DNA of 36,619 nucleotides from a virus. Taxonomy: Duplodnaviria; Caudoviricetes. Below the pieces are notes generated by a model that saw only the letters and a program-made list of their open reading frames with translations, was not told the origin of the DNA and made no database searches. How positions within the stretch are numbered: the stretch's first letter is position 1; every line of letters begins with the position of its first letter. A program made the translations under genes and the position numbers. Location: the IMG/VR virus record IMGVR_UViG_3300011116_000913, positions 1 through 36,619 of that record. One strand, 5' to 3'. This document shows positions 1 to 7,848 of the stretch, piece after piece.

Positions 1-1654
1 GCCCTTGGTTACCTTGTGGTCCTTGATTACCTTGTGGTCCTTGGTTGCCCTGCGGGCCTTGTCTTCCCTGTGGTCCTTGATTGCCTTGTGCTCCTGTTGT
101 ACCCTGTAAACCTGTAGGACCTTGGTTACCTTGCGGTCCGGTTGGTCCCTGATTCCCCTGTGATCCGGTAGTACCTTGTAATCCAGTTGGTCCTTGATTG
201 CCTTGTGCTCCTGTTGTACCCTGTAAACCTGTAGGACCTTGGTTACCTTGTGGTCCGGTTGGTCCCTGATTCCCCTGTGATCCGGTAGTACCTTGTAATC
301 CAGTTGGTCCTTGATTGCCTTGTGCTCCTGTTGTACCCTGTAAACCTGTAGGACCTTGGTTACCTTGAGGTCCTTGGGGACCGGGAATATACAGACTTCC
401 GCTGACTATATGACCTCCTTTAGCTACAACTACGTATCCTGTTGATGGGCTAGTAAAAGATAATTTTACTCTATTATTGTCTAGTAATTTAACTTGATTA
501 GGTACAAAGTAAAAATCGGAAGAATCATAAGCAGAAACAACAACACTTTTTGAATTGAAATTATGTGTTACTGTTATGGAAGATGTAGCAGAGAAAGATG
601 CAGATACTGTGGATACCTCGCTAACTTCTCTTATAGGGCCTTGAATACCTTGACTGCCTTGAGCACCTACTGTACCTTGAACTCCTTGAAAACCTTGAAA
701 TCCTTGTGGACCTGCAATGTACAAACTTCCACTAACAATATGACCTCCTTTTGCTACTACTGCGTGTCCTGTGGATGGATTTGAAAAAGTTAGTTTGACT
801 TTATTATTATCTACTAATTTTATTGTTTCAGGAACAAAATAAAAATCATCCGAATCATAGGCAGATATAACTACATTTTTAGAATTAAAATTATGTGTTA
901 TAGTTATAGAAGATGTAGATGAAAAAGAGGCTGTTACTGTATTTACTTCTGCTACTGTTATATTTGTTAGACTACTACCATCTCCAGAAAAAGATCCTGT
1001 GTAATTAAATATACTTCCCGATATAATATCTCCTAATGACCTAGCTATAGATTTATTGTTTACTCCATAAAAAACTTGACCATTTAATAAATTAGGAGTT
1101 GCATTTGCTCTACCTGCACCTAATACCACACCACCTCCGTTAGTAGGATGTACCTTAGTTACTATACCTAAATTTTGTATTAGGTTTGAACCTGTAGGCG
1201 GTACATTAGTATATCCTCCATTTACTCCTACGTATATAATTTCACCATTCTCAAAAGCTGATGTATCAACTCCACTTATTAAACCTGATATTATACCTAG
1301 ACCTTCAGCTCCTGCTGCTAATGTTTGAGCTAGTATAAAAGTTGCGGGCATCGAAGAGGCTAGGGATGCACTTGCAGGTATTACACCTACTATGTTTCCC
1401 ATGGTTCCAGAGCCTGTTGCATGTACAGGAGTTCCTTTGTATAGCGTATGTCCAGAAACATTCTTTACATTCTCAGTTACAGTAGATACCCCACTAAATG
1501 TTAAATTTCCTAGACCGTCTGTTTGTATGAATTGACCTGATAATCCATCCGATGTAGGGTAATGTATTCCACTTGCTGTAAATGATGTGGATACATTTAA
1601 TCTATTTAGTTCCGCGTTAGATCCGCTAACTAATACTTTTTTCCAGTTTGGCAT
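1..1654 (-). CDS. Tail fibre-like / collagen-repeat virion protein (3' end runs off the window)
   Basis: Not in the ORF track because it has no stop in the window. ATG at 1654 gives MPNWKKVLVSGSNAEL..., open to the window edge. It contains GSFSGDGSSLTN, two copies of a ~80-aa TITHNFNSK...YDS..FYFVP..DNN..KL.F..PSTG..VVAKGG domain and G-X-Q collagen repeats. Confidence 0.85.
   Translation of the reverse strand, partial: MPNWKKVLVSGSNAELNRLNVSTSFTASGIHYPTSDGLSGQFIQTDGLGNLTFSGVSTVTENVKNVSGHTLYKGTPVHATGSGTMGNIVGVIPASASLASSMPATFILAQTLAAGAEGLGIISGLISGVDTSAFENGEIIYVGVNGGYTNVPPTGSNLIQNLGIVTKVHPTNGGGVVLGAGRANATPNLLNGQVFYGVNNKSIARSLGDIISGSIFNYTGSFSGDGSSLTNITVAEVNTVTASFSSTSSITITHNFNSKNVVISAYDSDDFYFVPETIKLVDNNKVKLTFSNPSTGHAVVAKGGHIVSGSLYIAGPQGFQGFQGVQGTVGAQGSQGIQGPIREVSEVSTVSASFSATSSITVTHNFNSKSVVVSAYDSSDFYFVPNQVKLLDNNRVKLSFTSPSTGYVVVAKGGHIVSGSLYIPGPQGPQGNQGPTGLQGTTGAQGNQGPTGLQGTTGSQGNQGPTGPQGNQGPTGLQGTTGAQGNQGPTGLQGTTGSQGNQGPTGPQGNQGPTGLQGTTGAQGNQGPQGRQGPQGNQGPQGNQGPQGNQG
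71..367 (-). repeat. 117-bp (39-aa) tandem repeat, ~2.5 copies, collagen-coding
   Basis: tggtccttgattgccttgtgctcctgttgtaccctgtaaacctgtagg recurs at 71, 188 and 305. Confidence 0.9.
385..955 (-). repeat. Intragenic domain duplication, 330-bp period (~385-625 and ~715-955)
   Basis: tgacctcctt at 411 and 741; aaattatgtgtta near 559 and 888; the two translated domains are highly similar. Confidence 0.85.
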
Positions 1655-1665
1655 TTATATACATT

Positions 1666-1723
1666 TTATTACGGTTGGTAACTTCTTTTTTAGAAGCCCA
1701 CTTCCCCATAGGGCCAATAATAA
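1666..1723 (-). ncRNA. Candidate structured cis-regulatory RNA (three-way junction) in the fibre-gene leader
   Basis: Minus strand reads TTATTA-TTGG CCC-TATG-GGG AAGTGGG CTTCT-AAAAA-AGAAG TTA CCAA-CCG-TAATAA, i.e. nested complementary segments forming a GC island in an AT-rich spacer. Confidence 0.5.
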
Positions 1724-1744
1724 ATTTTACTATACTAAATAACT

Positions 1745-1960
1745 TTATTTTTTATTTAACAAAGTATAATTTTTTTGCAGTTTCATAATTAAATGATATA
1801 TAAACTCAATTTGTTTAATTTGCATGTTAGATTCTCCTAGAACCTGTAAAATAAATTCTATTTCTTTTGCATTTAAATCAAATAAAATATCATTTTTATC
1901 ACTTTTATTTTCAATCATAAAGTCATTTTCTTTTCTAGAAACTTTTGATACAATAGCCAT
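1745..1960 (-). CDS. Small hypothetical protein (helical)
   Basis: Track ORF 1745..2011. ATG at 1960 (MAIVSKV...) is preferred because it avoids overlap with the upstream gene. Confidence 0.65.
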   Translation of the reverse strand: MAIVSKVSRKENDFMIENKSDKNDILFDLNAKEIEFILQVLGESNMQIKQIEFIYHLIMKLQKNYTLLNKK

Positions 1961-1979
1961 AATATAATTTTTAAAAATT

Positions 1980-2918
1980 TTATACATATATGTAAATTTC
2001 ACCTGAATCAATCCTAATATTTCCTGGGTGGTCTGCTTTGTTAGTCGCTGCGTTTGCTTCTGTACCTTCGTAAACTCCTGCTACATAATAAGAAGGCGTA
2101 ACATTACCAGTGGTATTAGCTCCAAGATTATTTACTACAGATAATCTACCGTCATTTGTATTGTAGCTACCGTCCCAAACTAATGCTGAACCACTTTGAG
2201 CTACTCCTGTACTTCCTCCAAATATAATACCTGAATCACCTACAGATGCAGAACCGGATTTTAATAATATAAAAGCATCTTCTACTGCTAAATTAGAAAC
2301 ATTAAGGTAAGTTAAATCTCCGTTTACTACTAAATCTCCGCCTATAGTTAAATCATTAGTAATAGAAACATCATTCGGAAGACCTATAGTAACGGTTCCA
2401 TTTGTTCTACTTACTTCTACTTCATTTAAAGTTCCTGAAACAATTAATACAGCACCAGTAGAAGCATCTTTTAAAGATATAACTCCAGAAGCAGCGGAAA
2501 AATCTCCACTATCAAAGGTGGCTAAACCTTTATTTGTACCATTAGCTTGCGCATCTGCTACACTAATAGTTATAGTATTATTCGTTACTGCTGTCGTTAT
2601 AGGCGTACTTCCTCCTACTACGGATAGTTTATCTACTTTTAAATCTAATACATCATTTCCTGTAGACCCGCTTATTTTTAATGAAGTTACTAGACCGGTT
2701 AATCCAGAGCCATTTCCTACAAAAGATCCTGAAAATATAGAACCTGATACTATACTATTACCTAAATTTAAAGTACTGCTTATGTAAGTAAGACCACTAT
2801 CTTCAATAGAACCTCCTGCTCTAGAGACTAATATATTATTTGGTGATAAATTTGAAGCAGTTACTGCCGTAACATGAGCGCTAGATCCACTGACTAATAT
2901 TTTTTTCCAGGTTGCCAT
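1980..2918 (-). CDS. Tail fibre-like structural protein
   Basis: 312 aa, Ser/Gly/Thr/Val-rich. The N-terminus MATWKKILVSGS is paralogous to the 1654 gene. It has a fibre-type LTIGGDLVVNGDLTYLNVSNLAVEDAFILL segment. Confidence 0.75.
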   Translation of the reverse strand: MATWKKILVSGSSAHVTAVTASNLSPNNILVSRAGGSIEDSGLTYISSTLNLGNSIVSGSIFSGSFVGNGSGLTGLVTSLKISGSTGNDVLDLKVDKLSVVGGSTPITTAVTNNTITISVADAQANGTNKGLATFDSGDFSAASGVISLKDASTGAVLIVSGTLNEVEVSRTNGTVTIGLPNDVSITNDLTIGGDLVVNGDLTYLNVSNLAVEDAFILLKSGSASVGDSGIIFGGSTGVAQSGSALVWDGSYNTNDGRLSVVNNLGANTTGNVTPSYYVAGVYEGTEANAATNKADHPGNIRIDSGEIYIYV

Positions 2919-2967
2919 TTTTTTTTATTTAATTGTTATATAAATATATATTAGTTGTTTTCTGAAA

Positions 2968-3321
2968 TCAATCAAGTCCAATCCAATAATTTGATTCACT
3001 ATATATTATCCCACCAGATACAGGGTTAGGTTTAGAAGAAAAAGAACCTAATGAAATAACTCCTTTATTATTCACTTTCATAGAATCAAAAGAACCAGAT
3101 TTTATAATAAAGAAATCAAATGAACCTGTATCAATTTTTCTAACTATTAAAGATCCTGTTATAACTGCTTTGCCGATATAAGGAAAAGTCAATCTACTTA
3201 TTTCGTCATTAAAATTTACTATAGATGATGTAGGTATATTAGAAAGTCGAGAACCATCTCCATCAAAAGAACCAGAAAAATAACCAGACCCAGAAAATAT
3301 AGTAGGAAATAATATCCTCAT
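2968..3321 (-). CDS. Small fibre-associated structural protein
   Basis: 117 aa. The N-terminal PT..SGSGY.SGSFDGDGSRL.NIP.SS is shared with the 4321 gene. Confidence 0.7.
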   Translation of the reverse strand: MRILFPTIFSGSGYFSGSFDGDGSRLSNIPTSSIVNFNDEISRLTFPYIGKAVITGSLIVRKIDTGSFDFFIIKSGSFDSMKVNNKGVISLGSFSSKPNPVSGGIIYSESNYWIGLD

Positions 3322-3373
3322 TTTTATTTTTTTTATTTATTATTGCATGTTCTCATCTACATAAATATTATTT

Positions 3374-4321
3374 TTACACCCAAGAAGTTCCAGTATATAC
3401 TTCTAATTTAGCTAATGTTTTGTTATACCTAAAAGAACCTGTAGGAGGATTATTAGGTCTTTCGGAAGTAGTGCCTACAGGAATGACAATAGAAGATGAT
3501 GAGTTTATGTCTATTATAGCTCTTGGATTTTTTGTATTATATCCTACATATCCGCTACTTGAAACAAAAAAACTACTACTATTATTTGATTTGACTACAT
3601 TGAGATTACCTTTTATAATAACGCTTCCGGTATAAGGCGAACTTAAACTACCTTTTTCTCCTTTCTCTCCTTTTACTCCACTTGATATACTTATTGATCC
3701 GGTAAATCCTATCCCGAAGTCAACTTGAACAGTGTCCTTGTCTATTACATTAAAAGACTTAGGAAGTACTTCTTCGCCATTTGAATCATAAATATTAAAA
3801 ACAGGATATTGGATATCTAAATTATGAGATACAGTAACAAGGCTACCTTGAAAAGAAGAGCTGTAAATAGATTCTCCAAAATTTCCTTTGTTGCCTTTAG
3901 TTCCTTTAGTTCCCTTGTCCCCTTTAAAACCTTTCAATCCTTTCTCCCCACCAGCAATACTTAATGAACCAGTAAAAGGTATGCCAAATTCTATTTCAAC
4001 TGTATTATTATTAATTACTTCAAAACTCTTTGGTACAACCTCCTCCCCTGCTAAATCGTATATTGCATAAACAGGAAAATAAATATCTAAATTATGGTTT
4101 ACCGTTACTGTTTGACCTTGAATAGAAGATGTATAAACAGCACTTACAGTTTGACCCGGCTGTCCTTTCTGTCCTTTGGAACCACCTCCTGCATTTAAAG
4201 CATAAGAAGCAGTTACGGCATAAGAAGATGATGGTATGTTATATAACCTAGACCCGTCTCCATCGAAAGACCCGGAGTAGTATCCTGATCCAGAAATAAT
4301 CGTAGGCCTGTAAATTAGCAT
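3374..4321 (-). CDS. Fibre protein with Lys-rich collagen segments and a duplicated domain
   Basis: 315 aa with G-X-K triplets and two TV.HNLDI..PV..IYD..GEEV.PKSF.VI domains (270-bp period, atatctaaattatg at 3813 and 4083). The C-terminal IPVGTTSERP...G.FRYN...LEVY.G..W is a typical phage fibre motif. Confidence 0.8.
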   Translation of the reverse strand: MLIYRPTIISGSGYYSGSFDGDGSRLYNIPSSSYAVTASYALNAGGGSKGQKGQPGQTVSAVYTSSIQGQTVTVNHNLDIYFPVYAIYDLAGEEVVPKSFEVINNNTVEIEFGIPFTGSLSIAGGEKGLKGFKGDKGTKGTKGNKGNFGESIYSSSFQGSLVTVSHNLDIQYPVFNIYDSNGEEVLPKSFNVIDKDTVQVDFGIGFTGSISISSGVKGEKGEKGSLSSPYTGSVIIKGNLNVVKSNNSSSFFVSSSGYVGYNTKNPRAIIDINSSSSIVIPVGTTSERPNNPPTGSFRYNKTLAKLEVYTGTSWV

Positions 4322-4360
4322 AATTAACCTTTATTATAAATATTGCATAATGTACTAATT

Positions 4361-4390
4361 AAAAAGCCCCGCCAATTTTTTTAGCGGGGC
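4361..4390 (-). terminator. Rho-independent terminator
   Basis: Minus strand GCCCCGCTAA-AAAAA-TTGGCGGGGC followed by TTTTT, just downstream of the 4412..4792 gene. Confidence 0.85.
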
Positions 4391-4411
4391 GAAAAATCGA
4401 ATAGTTTTCAA

Positions 4412-4792
4412 TTACACTAAGTCTTGAACTTTTTGCTTGATTGCGAAGAATTTTGCCTGATTCCAAGCAAATACTTCATACAATTCAACTATGATTCCGA
4501 AGCCTTTGGTAACTGTATCAACTACCTTGTCTTGAGCTACACCTGTACGCTTTGAAATTTCTGCATGTGCTTTCTTAGCTTCTTCCACACTCAAATTTTT
4601 AAGTTGGTTGATTGCCATAGGAGCATCAGAAATAATCTCTTGAACTTTAAAGAATTCAGGAGTCAACGCAATAAGGTCGGGAATCACTTGGAATCCGTCA
4701 GCAAATACGTTTTTAACATTTTTACCCAATTCAATTACGTCGCAGATAGTGTCTACTACTTCGTCGTAACCTAGATCATCAAAATTTGCCAT
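4412..4792 (-). CDS. Hypothetical protein (126 aa, helical)
   Basis: Clean ORF with A-rich leader and its own terminator; no recognised motif. Confidence 0.75.
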   Translation of the reverse strand: MANFDDLGYDEVVDTICDVIELGKNVKNVFADGFQVIPDLIALTPEFFKVQEIISDAPMAINQLKNLSVEEAKKAHAEISKRTGVAQDKVVDTVTKGFGIIVELYEVFAWNQAKFFAIKQKVQDLV

Positions 4793-4865
4793 TTTATTAA
4801 TTTTAAAGAGTTAACTAATAATAGATATTACAGTATCTTCAAAATATATGCCATTTTATGTTAAA

Positions 4866-5447
4866 TTAATTGTAACAAATATCATTTTCTAACTTACCTA
4901 GTATCTTAAAAACTTTTTTATACTTATATCCTGTTACTATATCTAGTGTTTTTACCTTATCTAATTCAGAATCAGGTATTTTCGTATATATGTACCCGTC
5001 TAAAAAGCAATAATTGTAAATGTAGGTATGTATGTCTTCCTCAGTGTTAGAAAGTATCAATAGGATATCATCATTTATTATAACTTCTACTTGTACATCT
5101 TCGTCAGGATGTAAGGGATTGCCTTCATCATCCATTTCATCTAACATTTCATCCATTTCCTCGTCAGAATAAGAAAAAGCATCAAAGTTTTCATCATCCG
5201 GACCCATAAAATTGCTATTGTCATCTAAAAAGGAAAAAAAGTCATCCATTTCTTTAGAATCCTCCTTCACATTACCGAAAATGTCAGAATTATTGGAATC
5301 AGCAGAAAATATCATGTTAAATGTCTCCCTATTCAAATCAAAATTATCGTCGGGATTTTTTAATAAGATATTGTTGTATAAAAACAGTACTCTATCATGT
5401 TCCGACATGAAAGATAATGTGTCATTCAATCTTTTCTTTAAATTCAT
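4866..5447 (-). CDS. Hypothetical acidic protein
   Basis: 193-aa ORF with a D/E-rich centre, overlapping the upstream gene by 26 bp. Confidence 0.7.
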   Translation of the reverse strand: MNLKKRLNDTLSFMSEHDRVLFLYNNILLKNPDDNFDLNRETFNMIFSADSNNSDIFGNVKEDSKEMDDFFSFLDDNSNFMGPDDENFDAFSYSDEEMDEMLDEMDDEGNPLHPDEDVQVEVIINDDILLILSNTEEDIHTYIYNYCFLDGYIYTKIPDSELDKVKTLDIVTGYKYKKVFKILGKLENDICYN

Positions 5448-5781
5448 CCTGTAGCATTTGTTTTAATTTATCTAACAAATCTTCTACATCATTGTTTTCA
5501 TCTACATCCAAATCTATTATGTAGGGTACTAGGGCATTTCCCTTATTGTCAAAAACATCCTTATTTGCATAAATGTAGAATTGACATTTTATAGATGGAC
5601 ATAATGTAATTTCGGCTCTAACTTCTCCCTCGTCTCCTCCTATGGGTATTAAATTTTCTTTCTCTTTAAAATGTACTGTGAGTGATTTTATTTTAAAGAA
5701 TGCCTCCGGGAATATCTTCTTTAGATATACCATGTGTCCCATGTGTTCAAAATCAGATAATGCTTTTATCATTGTTGTCAT
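5422..5781 (-). CDS. Hypothetical protein
   Basis: 119-aa ORF, first gene of the leftward block. Confidence 0.7.
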   Translation of the reverse strand: MTTMIKALSDFEHMGHMVYLKKIFPEAFFKIKSLTVHFKEKENLIPIGGDEGEVRAEITLCPSIKCQFYIYANKDVFDNKGNALVPYIIDLDVDENNDVEDLLDKLKQMLQDEFKEKIE

Positions 5782-6213
5782 AATGTGTAATGTGTTTTAA
5801 TTTATAATCAATTATCAATAAATGTATGTTACATGTTTTATTATAAATAGATTTTACATGTATTTTTTAATTTTTTTATTTTACTGGGGGGCATGATTTC
5901 TATTTTGATATCCCCTCTAGAAATCTACATGTTAATAAAATGTTAAAATTTCATGATTATACCTCAATAGTCAACCTTTGTCAAAAAAATTATGTTAACA
6001 TCCACTATGTCTAAATGTATATTCATGTTTAATGCTCATTTAATATCTTTAAAACAAAATGATAATATCAATAACATGTAAATCTAACATAATTATATAA
6101 GTAATTGTTTTCTTTATATTACATAGCATTCATGTAAAAACATGTAGATAATAAAAAAATGCAAAAAAAGTTGATTATATAAAAAAATTGACTACCTTTG
6201 TAAAAAAAATAAC
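5782..6213. other. Divergent AT-rich intergenic region with CATG/ACATGT cluster (origin or control-region candidate)
   Basis: Only long non-coding stretch and the coding-strand switch point. CATG at 5832, 5857, 5892, 5928, 5952, 6024, 6075, 6131, 6141 and 6213. Confidence 0.55.
6171..6200 (+). promoter_or_regulatory. Bacteroidota housekeeping-sigma promoter (-33 TTG, -7 TAnnTTTG)
   Basis: TTG at 6171-6173, 19-nt spacer, TACCTTTG at 6193-6200, 13 nt before the ATG at 6214. Confidence 0.75.
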
Positions 6214-7767
6214 ATGATCAAAGACATTAAGACACAAAAAAGAATATCATATCTTCTTTTGACCTGCGCTATTTTCCTAGCTTCCGTCGTAGGTTTTTTC
6301 TCTGTAAAAGGACTAGCCCAAGTTTTCGCCGGAGCAGGAATGGCCATCATTCTTTTAGGTGCCGGAATAGAAGTATCAAAACTTGTCATTGCATCATTCC
6401 TTCATAGATACTGGCATAAACTAACATTCGGATATAAAGTGGGGGGACTAATTTTCTTATTCCTTGTCATCTTTGTAACATCCTCTGGAGTCTATGGCAT
6501 TCTTTCTCAAGCGTACACCGAGAATAAGAATAAGCTTATGGCATCTAAATCCGAAGTTGCATTAATTGAAGAGAAAAAGAAATTCTTTACTGATAAAAAA
6601 AATGATTTGCAAAATGAATATAAGCAAATTATTTCCGACATTGCTCAAACAAGATTACAAAGAAATACAACATCTTCTGGAATGATGAGTGATTCAAAAG
6701 ATGTTTACACGGATAGCAGAGGAAGAACATCATCAAGATCAAACGCATCCACTAGAAAAGATTATTTAAAGCAAGTAGAAGGTCTTAACTCTGATATTGG
6801 AAAAATGGAAAGTAGAAGGGATGAAGTATATGTGGACATTACAAATATTTCTGATTCCATCTTTTATTATGAAACAAAGATTATATCCATAAAATCAAGT
6901 AATGATGTGGCTGTAGAACTTGGGCCACTCATTTACCTTTCCGAAGTTACTAATACAAGTTTGGACAAGGTATTATTTTGGTTTCTAATGGTTATTGTAT
7001 TCTTAGCAGACCCATTGGCTATTGCACTTTTAACAGCTTATCATTTCACGCAAAAAGTAATACTAGAAGACGATGAAAAAGATTCTGATAATATTGAAGA
7101 GAATCCTGTTCCGGAAACACCGAAAGAGAGAAGCCCTTTAGCAGAGTTTTACTCGGATGATTTGACAGAAGAAGATACAAAGTATATTGAGGATTTTAAT
7201 GAAAAAGTTAAATTTACTAGTTCTTTCGAAGAATTCACTAGCTCTTTCGATGAACCTCTAGTTGGTTCAATAGTTCCTACAAATCCCAATTTTTTACAAG
7301 GTCCTTTTTCATGGTCAAGGTCAATCAACGAATTCTCAAAACCAAAAAGAAGAGGAAGACCTACAGGAAGTAAGAATAAATCAAAAAATAACAGTATAGA
7401 ATCCATCAATGAATTTGAAGATATGACTATAGTGAAAGGATCTTTTAATGAAATTAAGGAATATTCCGATGCAGCACTTGCAGAACAAGTAAAACTTCAA
7501 GAAGTAGTTACCGGAAGTTTTGACAGCTTTGTACAGGAAGAAATTGAATCCGAAGTAATAGAAGATATAGAATCTGAGGTTATAGAAGAAATTGAATCAG
7601 ATGTAGTAGAGGATATTACATTTGAGGCTATAGATGAAGATTATGATATATCTTCAGGAGAACTAGAGGAGGAAATCATAGTACCTGCTCCAAAAAATCA
7701 ATCAAAAAGCAGAAATTACAGAGAGCCTAAAGCTAACATAAAAAAAAACTCTCTGAGGCAGAATTAA
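6214..7767 (+). CDS. Multi-pass membrane protein with coiled coil, acidic tail and AT-hook motif
   Basis: Three N-terminal hydrophobic segments, a coiled coil, a further TM (FWFLMVIVFLADPLAIALL), and an acidic tail containing PKRRGRPTGSKNK. Confidence 0.8.
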   Translation: MIKDIKTQKRISYLLLTCAIFLASVVGFFSVKGLAQVFAGAGMAIILLGAGIEVSKLVIASFLHRYWHKLTFGYKVGGLIFLFLVIFVTSSGVYGILSQAYTENKNKLMASKSEVALIEEKKKFFTDKKNDLQNEYKQIISDIAQTRLQRNTTSSGMMSDSKDVYTDSRGRTSSRSNASTRKDYLKQVEGLNSDIGKMESRRDEVYVDITNISDSIFYYETKIISIKSSNDVAVELGPLIYLSEVTNTSLDKVLFWFLMVIVFLADPLAIALLTAYHFTQKVILEDDEKDSDNIEENPVPETPKERSPLAEFYSDDLTEEDTKYIEDFNEKVKFTSSFEEFTSSFDEPLVGSIVPTNPNFLQGPFSWSRSINEFSKPKRRGRPTGSKNKSKNNSIESINEFEDMTIVKGSFNEIKEYSDAALAEQVKLQEVVTGSFDSFVQEEIESEVIEDIESEVIEEIESDVVEDITFEAIDEDYDISSGELEEEIIVPAPKNQSKSRNYREPKANIKKNSLRQN

Positions 7768-7848
7768 GAAACATGTCCCCAGCTCAAATAAAAGAGTGGA
7801 ACAGGATAAACAAAACCATATATTAAATTGTTACACAAAAAAAGTTTT

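Noticed and set aside
385-955. Duplicated segments as a diversity-generating retroelement TR/VR pair
   Set aside because: Both copies are coding, differences look mainly synonymous rather than adenine-specific, and no reverse transcriptase is in the window.
1961-2011. Extended N-terminus of the 88-aa ORF; also TTG starts at 7828 and 29169
   Set aside because: Downstream ATGs (1960, 7849, 29181) fit better; those at 1960 and 29181 also remove overlaps with the upstream genes.
563-5454. Short plus-strand ORFs (563, 2518, 3420, 3888, 4565, 5212)
   Set aside because: They lie opposite well-supported minus-strand genes and have no protein-like features.
2939-5849. Plus-strand TATAAATA as canonical T4 late promoters
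   Set aside because: They point away from the adjacent minus-strand genes. Plus-strand genes carry the reverse complement, so TATTTAT is the consistent sense motif.
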